A stretch of 64,000 nucleotides of DNA from Oleispira sp. (GTDB lineage Bacteria; Pseudomonadota; Gammaproteobacteria; Pseudomonadales; Oceanobacteraceae). Where the stretch lies: the NCBI GenBank assembly GCA_047616865.1, contig JBLGBO010000009.1:72076-136075 (forward strand), in the 5' to 3' direction. Made by a program: the position numbers and the translations under genes. The notes under the pieces were generated by a model. That model did not search any database. It saw only the letters and a list, made by a program, of their open reading frames with translations, and had not been told where the DNA came from. This document shows, in pieces, positions 38,160-47,433 of this stretch (the first letter of the stretch is position 1; every line of letters starts with the position of its first letter).

Positions 38160-41100
38160 TCATTTAATCACCTTCGCGATCGAAAGGCGCTGGTTAATAA
38201 TGGTCCTAACCTTATTATTAGCCGCACTGGGTATTTATAAAACCACCCAATTACCGATTGATGCCGTGCCCGACATCACCAATATACAAGTGCAAATTAA
38301 CAGCTCCGCGCCGGGATACTCCCCCTTAGAAGCTGAGCAACGCATTAGCTATACGGTAGAAAATGCTATGGCAGGAATTCCAAAACTGGATTATACCCGA
38401 TCACTGTCGCGCTATGGATTATCACAAGTCACGGTGATTTTTGAAGAAGGCACGGATATTTATTGGGCTCGCCAGCAAATCAGCGAACGCCTACAAGGTA
38501 TCCAAAGTGAATTGCCTGCGGGGATAGAACCTAAACTTGGCCCTGTCGCTAGCGGTCTCGGTGAAATTTTCACCTACGCAGTACAAGCTGAAGTGGATGC
38601 GGTGACCGATGCAGGTAAACCTTATAGCGCAGAAGATTTAAGAACCATCCAAGACTGGATCATTCGCCCGCAACTAGTCAAAGTCCCAGGTATTACAGAA
38701 ATTAATAGCATGGGCGGTTATGCACGGGAGTATCAAGTAGCACCCATTCCGGGAAAACTTTTCGCTTATAAAGTCACCATGAATGAGCTAGTAGAAACTC
38801 TAAAAAATAATAACCAAAATTCTGGCGCAGGTTATATCGAACGCAACGGCGAGCAATGGTTAATCCGTTCACCGGGCCAGTTGAATAACCTAGAAGAGAT
38901 TGCTCAACTGGTGGTCACTCGTCGCGACGATGCCCCTGTGCGCATTAAAGATTTAGCCGAAGTGAAATACGGCAAAGAACTCAGAACAGGTTCAGCTACG
39001 TTTAATAGTGAAGAAACTGTACTGGGTACGGCGTTTATGTTACTCGGTGAAAATAGCCGCACGGTTTCAAAAGCCGTGGCAAAAAAACTGATCGAAATTA
39101 ACGATTTCTTACCCCCCGGTATTCAAGCCGTTCCTGTTTATGATCGCACAACCTTAGTCGATAAAACCATCGACACCGTGCGCACCAATTTATTCGAAGG
39201 TGCGGTATTGGTGATCGCCGTTTTATTTGCCCTATTAGGCAATATTCGTGCGGCGTTGATCGTGGCACTGGTTATTCCTTTAAGCATGTTATTTGCGATT
39301 ACCGGCATGGCGATGAATCGTGTCTCTGGCAACCTGATGAGTTTGGGAGCGATTGATTTCGGCATCATAGTCGATGGTGCAGTTATCGTGGTTGAAAACG
39401 CATTGCGGCGCTTAGGCTTAGCGCAAAAAAAATACGGCCGTTTATTAACCGTGCAAGAACGTTTATTAGAAGTCACTGCCAGTACCAAGGAAGTTTTCCG
39501 CCCAGCTGTTTTTGGCATGTTAATTATCATGCTGGTGTACTTACCCATTTTCGCCCTTGCAGGGGTTGAAGGAAAAATGTTTCATCCAATGGCGTTCACC
39601 GTTGTGGCGGCCTTGTTCGGTGCATTAATTTTCTCCATCACCTTTGTTCCTGCCGCTGTCGCCATTTTAGTGAAAGGCAAGGTCAGTGAAGAAGAAAACT
39701 TCGTTATGGCCAAAGCCCGTCGTCTTTATCAGCCGCTACTAAAAACCGCATTAAATAACAGCCCGATTGTTTTTATCGCGGCGATTATTTTGCTCTCGGC
39801 AACGGCTTATCAATCAACAAGACTGGGCAGTGAGTTCTTACCGCAATTAGATGAACATGATATTGCGTTACACGCCATGCGCATTCCGGGCACGGGCATA
39901 GAGCAAGCGACGGCAATGCAATTATTATTAGAAAAACGCATTATGGAATTTCCAGAAGTGAAACACGTTTTTTCTAAAATTGGCACCGCAGAAATAGCTA
40001 CCGACCCGATGCCACCCAATGTTGCTGATACTTTTTTGATATTAAAACCAATAGCAGATTGGCCCAACCCAGAGAAAGAAAAACAACAATTGGTGGATCA
40101 GATCCGTCATGCCATAGAAGATATCCCTGGCAATAACTATGAATTAACACAGCCGATTGAAATGCGTTTTAACGAACTTATTTCAGGTGTCCGTGCTGAT
40201 GTGGCATTAAGAGTTTATGGTGACGATCTAGATACTTTGGCTAAAATTGGTGGTCAAGTATCGCAACTATTAGCGCAAGTTTCTGGTGGCCAAGACGTGC
40301 GCATGGAACAAGCGAAGGGTTTGCCGATGATCTCCGTTATTCCTCAAAGGGATCATTTAGCCTTGCTAGGATTATCCGTTGCTGATGTGCAAGAGACTTT
40401 ACGTTCTGCCGTGAGTGGTATTGAAACGGGTTTAATTTACGAAGGTGATCGTCGTTTTAAATTATTGGTGCGCATGGATGAAAGCTTAAGCAAAGACCCT
40501 AAAGCATTGGCACAAATTCCCGTCGCAATTCCTTACCCAAGAAGCCCTGATGATGAAAAATCAGAATTGGATTATGTGCCACTCGGTGAAATCGCCGACA
40601 TAGTAGAAATACAAGGGCCTAACCAAATCAATCGCCGCAGCGGCAAACGCAACATAGTCGTTAGCGCCAATGTGGAAGACCGTGATTTAGGCTCTTTCAT
40701 TGCAGAAACCCAAGAACTCATGCGCAACGAACTTAAGTTGCCCGCAGGCTATTGGCTAGAATACGGCGGTACGTTTGAACAGTTAGAATCTGCCAGCCAG
40801 CGTTTAAGTATTGTAGTACCCATTACTCTGTTACTTATTTTAGGCTTGCTCTATAGCGCCTTTAGCTCAATGCGCGATACGCTAATTATTTTCACCGGCG
40901 TGCCACTCGCACTCACGGGCGGTATCATCGCACTAACGTTAAGAGATATGCCATTATCAATTTCTGCAGGCGTTGGCTTTATCGCTCTGTCAGGGGTTGC
41001 GGTATTAAACGGTGTTGTGATGCTGTCGTTTATCAAAGAACTGCGTGAAAGTGGCCTAAAGCTTGCTCAAGCCGTCTGGCAAGGTGCAAGTCAGCGCTTA

Positions 41101-41301
41101 CGTCCGGTATTGATGACAGCTTTAGTGGCAAGTTTAGGCTTTGTGCCGATGGCGTTTAATACTGGCACGGGGGCAGAAGTTCAACGACCACTGGCGACTG
41201 TAGTGATTGGCGGAATTATTTCTTCAACGCTGCTAACGCTCATCGTTCTGCCGACACTGTATCAGTGGGTGCATTCTCGCTTTAAGGGATTTAATCGATA
41301 A
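38137..41301 (+). CDS. czcA: heavy-metal efflux RND transporter (HME-RND, CzcA/CusA family)
   Basis: 1054 aa, 12 TM. The N-terminal RWLIMVLTLLLAALGIYKTTQLPIDAVPDITNIQVQI is the HME-RND signature. Confidence 0.93.
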   Translation: MVPAMTINHLITFAIERRWLIMVLTLLLAALGIYKTTQLPIDAVPDITNIQVQINSSAPGYSPLEAEQRISYTVENAMAGIPKLDYTRSLSRYGLSQVTVIFEEGTDIYWARQQISERLQGIQSELPAGIEPKLGPVASGLGEIFTYAVQAEVDAVTDAGKPYSAEDLRTIQDWIIRPQLVKVPGITEINSMGGYAREYQVAPIPGKLFAYKVTMNELVETLKNNNQNSGAGYIERNGEQWLIRSPGQLNNLEEIAQLVVTRRDDAPVRIKDLAEVKYGKELRTGSATFNSEETVLGTAFMLLGENSRTVSKAVAKKLIEINDFLPPGIQAVPVYDRTTLVDKTIDTVRTNLFEGAVLVIAVLFALLGNIRAALIVALVIPLSMLFAITGMAMNRVSGNLMSLGAIDFGIIVDGAVIVVENALRRLGLAQKKYGRLLTVQERLLEVTASTKEVFRPAVFGMLIIMLVYLPIFALAGVEGKMFHPMAFTVVAALFGALIFSITFVPAAVAILVKGKVSEEENFVMAKARRLYQPLLKTALNNSPIVFIAAIILLSATAYQSTRLGSEFLPQLDEHDIALHAMRIPGTGIEQATAMQLLLEKRIMEFPEVKHVFSKIGTAEIATDPMPPNVADTFLILKPIADWPNPEKEKQQLVDQIRHAIEDIPGNNYELTQPIEMRFNELISGVRADVALRVYGDDLDTLAKIGGQVSQLLAQVSGGQDVRMEQAKGLPMISVIPQRDHLALLGLSVADVQETLRSAVSGIETGLIYEGDRRFKLLVRMDESLSKDPKALAQIPVAIPYPRSPDDEKSELDYVPLGEIADIVEIQGPNQINRRSGKRNIVVSANVEDRDLGSFIAETQELMRNELKLPAGYWLEYGGTFEQLESASQRLSIVVPITLLLILGLLYSAFSSMRDTLIIFTGVPLALTGGIIALTLRDMPLSISAGVGFIALSGVAVLNGVVMLSFIKELRESGLKLAQAVWQGASQRLRPVLMTALVASLGFVPMAFNTGTGAEVQRPLATVVIGGIISSTLLTLIVLPTLYQWVHSRFKGFNR

Positions 41302-41321
41302 ATTAAAAGACTGCAGCATTT

Positions 41322-41351
41322 AAGGTTAGCAAAATATCTTGCTAACCTTTT
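41322..41351 (+). terminator. rho-independent terminator after czcA
   Basis: aaggttagcaa-aatatc-ttgctaacctttt hairpin followed by a T-run. Confidence 0.65.
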
Positions 41352-41523
41352 CTCAGGTCAATGCCCTTACTATATTAGGTCATGCGGAATTCGCGTTCGA
41401 ATCGGTCATTCACAACTGACCTTTAATTTCTGATTTAATGCTTAGTCAGCTTATTATTGGCAGCTTCTCAGTATGCCTAGACTATAATTTAGTTATCTTT
41501 CTTCTAAGTGTAGAGCGTCGAAC

Positions 41524-42252
41524 ATGTCACATCTATTCGCGGCACTCCTGATTTTACTTAGTGTTACTGTATTGGCAAACCCATTAACCATAGTGACGGA
41601 GCAGTATCCTCCCTACAACTATGAAGAACAGGGTTCTATAAAAGGAATGAGTACAGAAGTTGTAAGCGCCGTTTTAAAAGAATTGGATTTAGAGGTAGAC
41701 ATAGAAATATACCCCTGGGCCCGCGCATATGATATGGCCTCTACCCAAGAGAACGTACTGATATATTCCATTAGCCGCACCCCTCAGCGTGAATCATTAT
41801 TTAACTGGGTAGGGGTGATTGCATCTATTGATTTCACGATTTTCGCATTAGAAAGAAGACAGGACATTAATATCCAGTCCTTAGAAGATATCCGAGCCTA
41901 CATGTTAGGCCTAGTTAGGGGTGATGCCCTTGAACAGTTTTTTAGCGCTAACAATTTCACTGAGATAGAAAGAGTCAATACCAATAAACAGGCAATGGAA
42001 ATGCTGCTTGCGAGCAGAACCGATCTATGGCCAATATCAAAGCAAGCCGGCGCCTATATTCTAAAGAAAAACAACATGATACCAGCCCAAACCGTGAGGG
42101 CTGTATTTGAACTAGAAGAGTTTTCTTCTGAAGACCTGTACATGGCTTTTAGTCGCTCGACCAATAAAAAACTCGTGAATGACTTTAAGCGTGCCTTAGA
42201 AAAGATAAAGGAAAACGGTATTTATAACGAGATTATTTCACGCTATCAGTAA
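41524..42252 (+). CDS. orphan periplasmic substrate-binding protein (SBP_bac_3/PBPb family)
   Basis: 242 aa with a signal peptide and a type-3 solute-binding fold. No adjacent permease or ATPase. Confidence 0.7.
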   Translation: MSHLFAALLILLSVTVLANPLTIVTEQYPPYNYEEQGSIKGMSTEVVSAVLKELDLEVDIEIYPWARAYDMASTQENVLIYSISRTPQRESLFNWVGVIASIDFTIFALERRQDINIQSLEDIRAYMLGLVRGDALEQFFSANNFTEIERVNTNKQAMEMLLASRTDLWPISKQAGAYILKKNNMIPAQTVRAVFELEEFSSEDLYMAFSRSTNKKLVNDFKRALEKIKENGIYNEIISRYQ

Positions 42253-42419
42253 CGTTAGTTTCCTATACTCGATCCATCATACCTGTTCAGATTGACAGTT
42301 TTTATAGCCTCCCATTCAGCCTTAGTTATTTGTAACGCCGCTCTAACTTCATTGTGTTAGCGATTTAAAAATACAATAATTATTATTCAACTCATTTACT
42401 ATTATTCGCCATAATAATA

Positions 42420-43295
42420 TCAATCGCAATGATGAATACTTTCATTCAATACTCGATGAAATAAAGAATTCAATAAATCTATCGAATCTCCCTTGTCGCC
42501 ATATTTCCCAGCATAGCTTTCAAGCCTTAATAACTCAGTTTCAATAAAGGTATTAATGGGTTTTATAGGCAACGACAAAGCTTTTTCTGTCTCTGCTCGT
42601 TTACGGCGTAATAATTCGTTTATGTCTTCTAGCAAGCTATCGTTATCAAGTACACGATCCAACAAAACCGAAAACTGAATCGGCGCAGGTGTTTTATAAC
42701 GTTCTAACCAGCGTATCGATAGCAAAGCCCTTAGCACATAGAGATATTTTTTATAGGGCACTTTATCTGCTTTAAGATAACCTCGGTAATTGGTCTTGGC
42801 CATGCTGTGATAATGATGAATACCTTTTTCAGCGCTGTATATTTCTGGCAATAATGCCTTAGCACTCAAAGCAAAGTTTCCTTCGTTCGTATAAACAATC
42901 GGTGAATTGATCCACTCTACAAATGACGGATTGGAATTGCTGTATAGCTTCAAGGCTTTACGCAGATCCCAGCCATTAATATCGATCTCATCTACGATGG
43001 GATATTCGATAACATCTCGTTTAGCTTCTAAATCTATGTCTATATACCAATCTTTTTTGTGTATATAGATAAAACGTACATCATAATCACTCGTCGCTGA
43101 GGCAAAACCCCAAGCACGACTCCCTGACTCAATCGCTAGCAATACTTTAACGCCGTGCTCGATTTCTGCCGCGGCGATACGGTCTAATATTTCGTCGTGT
43201 ATGTTTTTTTCTATGTGCTCTATGGCATTTATTTCCATATCCAGTTTCATTTTATTGACTTTCCTTAATATATTTTTTAACCAGGCTAATCTCAT
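42420..43295 (-). CDS. Pol-beta-superfamily nucleotidyltransferase, RlaP-like (RNA-ligase-associated NTase family)
   Basis: GSRAWGFASATSDYDVRFIY is a hG[GS]x9-13DhD minimal NTase active site. 291 aa. Last gene of the rtcBA-linked module. Confidence 0.65.
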   Translation of the reverse strand: MRLAWLKNILRKVNKMKLDMEINAIEHIEKNIHDEILDRIAAAEIEHGVKVLLAIESGSRAWGFASATSDYDVRFIYIHKKDWYIDIDLEAKRDVIEYPIVDEIDINGWDLRKALKLYSNSNPSFVEWINSPIVYTNEGNFALSAKALLPEIYSAEKGIHHYHSMAKTNYRGYLKADKVPYKKYLYVLRALLSIRWLERYKTPAPIQFSVLLDRVLDNDSLLEDINELLRRKRAETEKALSLPIKPINTFIETELLRLESYAGKYGDKGDSIDLLNSLFHRVLNESIHHCD

Positions 43296-43324
43296 TTATT
43301 TGAAACTAGGCTAACCAACTGCGC

Positions 43325-44521
43325 TTATGTTCCTGACTGTCTAGTAGCAGAAGGGATTTTCACCAAATCATTCATTAAACCATCCAGCCCACCGTAAACA
43401 GAGATGTTATTAATACGGGCTGATATTTTTTCAAGTGTTTCCAGCTCTTTTAGGCGTAACAAGACAGCGTTATTTTCCATGACCTTCGCGGTATTGTGCA
43501 AGGAGCGCATCGCTTGAGTTTCTTCACGCCTTTTAATTAGATTAGCCTCAGCTTCTTTTTGCGCCTCTACTACCTTATTTAAAATTGCCTTCATGTCACC
43601 AGGCAATATAATGTCTTTGACACCCACCGACTGGACTTCAATGCCATACTCCATTAACCGAGTAGATATGCTGTTTTCTATGCATTCATTTAAGCTGTCT
43701 TTGTTTTCTAGCAACGCATCCAACGTTTGCGTACCTACGGCTTCACGTAAACGCAGCTGCATTTCGCGGTAGATAAAATCATTCATGCCATTCAATTTTA
43801 ATGCCGCTTTTTCTGCATCTACTATACAATAACTGGCACTTAGATTAATTCGCAAACTAACCCGGTCGCGCGTCAAAATCTCCTGCCCACTGACCTCCAG
43901 CGATTGTAAGCGTAAATCGATCATTTGCACTTCGATTGCTCTATTGTACTTCCAGAAACCGTACTGGCCTGGTGGCAAGAGGCGCTCATATTTACCGTTT
44001 ACAATTAATAGTGCGCAAAACTCGTTACGTACTTCAATATAACTAACGGCCTGAGCCAGTGTGTGTATTTTTTCCGAACCCGTTTGCATGATGGCATTAG
44101 CACCACGGCCTAAAAGATTCAAGTAACGACTATCGATTTGATAGCTTTCGCTGATATCAATAACCTTCACCGATACTTGTTCAGTATTTTCCATTTCATC
44201 ACCGCTAAAAAAGGCAACAAAACGACCTGGCTCCAACAGATCAACTAAGTGTCCATCACGAAAGACAAGGCCAACCTGATTATCAGTCATTTCATAATGA
44301 CTGATATAAGGCGTTAAAATTTCTGCGTATTTATTTAATAAAAACTTGGCATTATCATCTTGAAAATATAAACCTGTCACGTCGTGAATTTTTAATTCCA
44401 ATGCGCCATTGGCAGAAAATTCTCTGTACCGACCTGGCATTAATATTTTTTCAAAGCGCTGGCAGCGATATAACAAGCCTATCTGATTATCGGCGATATC
44501 ATAAGTGTTCCATAATTTCAT
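43325..44521 (-). CDS. SPFH/band-7 (slipin-like) domain protein with triplicated N-terminal SPFH-head motif
   Basis: C-terminal core GVKDIILPGDMKAILNKVVEAQKEAEANLIKRREETQA is SPFH. Three N-terminal copies of xNQxGLxxRxG...LxPGxYxF. No clear TM segment. Confidence 0.75.
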   Translation of the reverse strand: MKLWNTYDIADNQIGLLYRCQRFEKILMPGRYREFSANGALELKIHDVTGLYFQDDNAKFLLNKYAEILTPYISHYEMTDNQVGLVFRDGHLVDLLEPGRFVAFFSGDEMENTEQVSVKVIDISESYQIDSRYLNLLGRGANAIMQTGSEKIHTLAQAVSYIEVRNEFCALLIVNGKYERLLPPGQYGFWKYNRAIEVQMIDLRLQSLEVSGQEILTRDRVSLRINLSASYCIVDAEKAALKLNGMNDFIYREMQLRLREAVGTQTLDALLENKDSLNECIENSISTRLMEYGIEVQSVGVKDIILPGDMKAILNKVVEAQKEAEANLIKRREETQAMRSLHNTAKVMENNAVLLRLKELETLEKISARINNISVYGGLDGLMNDLVKIPSATRQSGT

Positions 44522-44761
44522 TTCATTTTACCTAACTCATACGAGCCATATTATATTTACTGAGGCGAGACCCTATCGGGAATGGTATGGTATTTTGCTT
44601 AGGTTAACAGGTTGATAAATACAGGGGCTACTCAGTGGTAATAACAACGGTATTCGCTTGCTATTACCATTAATTAGCATGTCGTTATCAAGTCCGCTAA
44701 CCAACCGACAAAATGCGATGCCATTGCAAATGGACCTCTATCAATTTATTCAAAGTTTAAA

Positions 44762-44826
44762 TGACTTTGTGAGGATTTGAACCTCGGGTCTTACGACCTT
44801 ACCGTAAGCCGTTGTTTAGACGGTGA
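44762..44826 (-). ncRNA. tRNA 3'-half-like element (class-II-like variable hairpin + T-arm GGTTCAAATCC + 3' acceptor strand, no 5' half)
   Basis: Reverse complement ...GGTCGTAAGACC-CGAGG-TTCAAAT-CCTCA-CAAAGTC-A. No matching 5' acceptor strand upstream. Directly abuts the tRNA-like element at 44829-44901. Confidence 0.4.
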
Positions 44827-44828
44827 AT

Positions 44829-44901
44829 GACTATCGCAGGAATCGAACCTGCACCGATCGACTTTTGTCGATTGCTCTAACTCACTGAGCTACATAGTCG
44901 C
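44829..44901 (-). ncRNA. non-canonical tRNA-like element (acceptor stem, D-arm and T-arm are good; anticodon loop has 6 nt). Candidate YrlA/Y-RNA-like RNA or tRNA pseudogene.
   Basis: Reverse complement GACTATG-TA-GCTC-AGTGAGTTA-GAGC-A-ATCGA-CAAAAG-TCGAT-CGGT-GCAGG-TTCGATT-CCTGC-GATAGTC-A. Stems pair, but the anticodon loop is 6 nt, so it is not a functional decoder. Confidence 0.5.
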
Positions 44902-45042
44902 ATTTAGGTTTTTTATCAGTGGTACACAATAAGTGAATAACCTTGCGCCAGCCTGGCATACAGAACCAGAACCATTAACTTAATAAAATATTGCCTAAAT
45001 AATTTTGTTCGAACGCTGTTTAAAACAACGCCGTCGCATTTT

Positions 45043-46086
45043 TTAATTTATCAATTCTTGCAAGTTTTTTAGGGGCGGTATATCCAGCTGCCAGCAACGC
45101 TTGTTTAATTGGTTCACTTCAATATTCAAATCCAGAAGTTGTTGAATAACGTTAATATTGGTAGTTGTATGTAAACTTGGTCGCCCTGTTTTAAAACTTC
45201 CCCCAGCAAATAACATCGGCAGTAATAATTGATCCGCCAAATATTCGCATACAGGCACTTGATTTTTCAGGTAACTTTGCACCCGCTGTTCAGCCAAGTT
45301 AGCGACCTTTTCGGCACGTAAACCTCTGCCACCCAGCTCATCAAATACTAGGGTGGTGTTCTCCATCGTCAGCTTCAGTGACAACAAATTTCCTGGCCCC
45401 GTAGACTCAACTAACTGCTCACTACACTCTTCTGGTAGCCAATGATGCTGCTGTTGTAATTGGCGTAATTCACGCACTAACACCTGCTGGGGAATTTGAC
45501 TGCCAATAGCATTGGCTTTTTTATCCACAAGTGCACCACTGTCTAATAACTGCAATGGCTCTAACACTTTGTGCGGTTTCAATTCCATCTTGATTGCACC
45601 ACCACCAGCGGGGTTAAAACCGTATTTCAATAGTTCGGCGGTGATCTGATAACCCATCTTTCTAACGGCCAAAATAAAACTGTTATTTAAAAATTCAAAA
45701 CTTGGTGCTTTGCTATTATGTGTACCGCCATTAATAATTACAGAGGATGCATGCGACTGTAATAATAGAGGCATCATTATAGTTTGTAGTACCAAGCTAG
45801 TACTGCCAGCGCTACCTACGGAAAATTCATAATCGCCGGGAATTACATTCCCTGGTTTAAAAATAACCTCTTGAGATCCCAGCTCATCACCACTGACATC
45901 TGCAGAACAAATAGTTTGTGCAGCGCGCAAGCAGGTTAAGTGCTGGCGTAACAAGCCAGGTTTTTTACGACCCCCTCGGATATTAACGATACGCACATCA
46001 AGACCTAGACACATCGCCAGGGTCAGTGTGGTGCGAAATATTTGTCCTCCACCTTCACCGGCGGCGCCATTAATTGTTCTCATCAT
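45043..46086 (-). CDS. rtcA: RNA 3'-terminal phosphate cyclase
   Basis: MMRTINGAAGEGGGQIFRTTLTLAM... aligns with E. coli RtcA [20 protein letters not shown]. The active-site His region (LQTIMMPLLLQSH) is present. Confidence 0.9.
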   Translation of the reverse strand: MMRTINGAAGEGGGQIFRTTLTLAMCLGLDVRIVNIRGGRKKPGLLRQHLTCLRAAQTICSADVSGDELGSQEVIFKPGNVIPGDYEFSVGSAGSTSLVLQTIMMPLLLQSHASSVIINGGTHNSKAPSFEFLNNSFILAVRKMGYQITAELLKYGFNPAGGGAIKMELKPHKVLEPLQLLDSGALVDKKANAIGSQIPQQVLVRELRQLQQQHHWLPEECSEQLVESTGPGNLLSLKLTMENTTLVFDELGGRGLRAEKVANLAEQRVQSYLKNQVPVCEYLADQLLLPMLFAGGSFKTGRPSLHTTTNINVIQQLLDLNIEVNQLNKRCWQLDIPPLKNLQELIN

Positions 46087-46123
46087 TCTTCCTTTAAATA
46101 CAATTTTCACTAATACTAAGTAA

Positions 46124-47350
46124 TTAACCTTTTACACAGACGACCTGTTTTAGCGTGTAGACAACTTCTACCAGATCTTTTTGCGCCTCCATTACCTTCT
46201 CAATGGATTTGTAAGCTGAAGGGGTTTCATCCAATATGCCCTCATCTGTTCTGCACTCCACACCCTCAAGTGCTTTTTTATGCTCAGTCATCGACACTAA
46301 TTTCTTAGCGGCCGTTCGTGACATCACACGTCCAGCACCATGACTGCAACTGCAAAAACTATCAGCATTGCCCAGTCCCCGCACAATAAAAGATTTTGCA
46401 CCCATGCTGCCAGGGATAATGCCCATCTCATCTTTTTGTGCCGATACCGCGCCCTTACGGGTAACCAATACATCCTTACCAAAATGATGCTCACGAGAAA
46501 TATAGTTATGGTGACAATTCACGGCTTCCACTCTTGCCTCAAACTCAATTCCCATAGTGAGCCTTACCGCCGCAATTACCCGAGCCATCATGACCTCACG
46601 GTTAATACGAGCAAAATTTTGTGCCCACTCTACCGCCTCAACATAATCAGTAAAATTATCGGAGCCCTCTGGCAAATAAGACAAATCGTTATCGGGCAAA
46701 TGTATATGCCAGCGCTCCATATCCTGCTTCGCCTTTTCGATAAAGTGCGTCCCTATACGGTTGCCTACACCACGAGAGCCACTGTGCAGCATAATCCATA
46801 CACTATTGTGCTCATCTAGGCACAACTCAATAAAATGGTTTCCCGTTCCCAACGTACCCAAATGATTCATGTTGTTGGTATTTTTCAAGACCTTATGTTT
46901 TTCTTTTAAAATATCAAACTGACCAGCCAATGGAGTCCACGCCTTAATTACATCTGCGGGTAAATCATTCCACGACCCCTTATCTCGCGCACCACGCAAG
47001 TGCCTAGAACGACCATGAGGAACGGCTTTTTCAATTGCAGAACGAATAGCAAATAAATTATCCGGTAGCTGATGAGCCAACAAACTGGTTTTAACCGCCA
47101 TCATCCCGCAACCAATATCCACTCCGACGGCCGCTGGAATTACCGCACCAATGGTGGGTACTACCGAACCGATCGTAGCGCCTTTACCTAGATGCACATC
47201 CGGCATGGCGGCAATCCATTTATGAATGAAAGGCATACGTGAAATATTTTTTAGCTGTTCACGGGCTTTGTCTTCAAACGGAACCCCTCGGGTCCAGGTT
47301 TTAATCGGTACACCACCGTCTTGCATCACTTCATAGGCTTCATCTGACAT
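46124..47350 (-). CDS. rtcB: RNA-splicing ligase RtcB
   Basis: 408 aa with PDVHLGKGATIGSV and C-terminal His/Cys metal-site motifs of RtcB. Confidence 0.95.
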   Translation of the reverse strand: MSDEAYEVMQDGGVPIKTWTRGVPFEDKAREQLKNISRMPFIHKWIAAMPDVHLGKGATIGSVVPTIGAVIPAAVGVDIGCGMMAVKTSLLAHQLPDNLFAIRSAIEKAVPHGRSRHLRGARDKGSWNDLPADVIKAWTPLAGQFDILKEKHKVLKNTNNMNHLGTLGTGNHFIELCLDEHNSVWIMLHSGSRGVGNRIGTHFIEKAKQDMERWHIHLPDNDLSYLPEGSDNFTDYVEAVEWAQNFARINREVMMARVIAAVRLTMGIEFEARVEAVNCHHNYISREHHFGKDVLVTRKGAVSAQKDEMGIIPGSMGAKSFIVRGLGNADSFCSCSHGAGRVMSRTAAKKLVSMTEHKKALEGVECRTDEGILDETPSAYKSIEKVMEAQKDLVEVVYTLKQVVCVKG

Positions 47351-47416
47351 TGCTAACTTCCTTACTGAGAATTTTGTTATGGCTCTTGTTATTGCCCTTT
47401 CAGTTACAGTTTGTAT

Positions 47417-47433
47417 AGCGATGACTATGCCAA
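47417..47433 (-). promoter_or_regulatory. sigma54 (-24/-12) promoter for rtcBA
   Basis: Minus-strand TTGGCAT-AGTCA-TCGCT has GG-N10-GC at canonical spacing, ~70 bp upstream of the rtcB ATG. The RtcR bEBP is encoded divergently. Confidence 0.45.

Noticed and set aside
39138-40067. Antisense ORFs 39138-39548 and 39810-40067 within czcA
   Set aside because: Antisense to a very well-supported 1054-aa RND pump gene, with no independent signals.
41524-44760. Genomic island integrated at a tRNA (SBP, NTase, SPFH as island cargo)
   Set aside because: No integrase, excisionase, direct-repeat att sites or mobility genes are visible. The tRNA-like elements are degenerate and co-oriented within an operon, which fits structural ncRNAs better than an att site.
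44762-44901. Calling these two elements ordinary tRNA genes
   Set aside because: Element B has only a 6-nt anticodon loop and element A lacks the entire 5' half. Neither can form a complete functional cloverleaf, so they are reported as tRNA-like ncRNA or pseudo-tRNA.
46340-46819. 159-aa plus-strand ORF inside rtcB
   Set aside because: Antisense shadow of rtcB, with no RBS or domain features.
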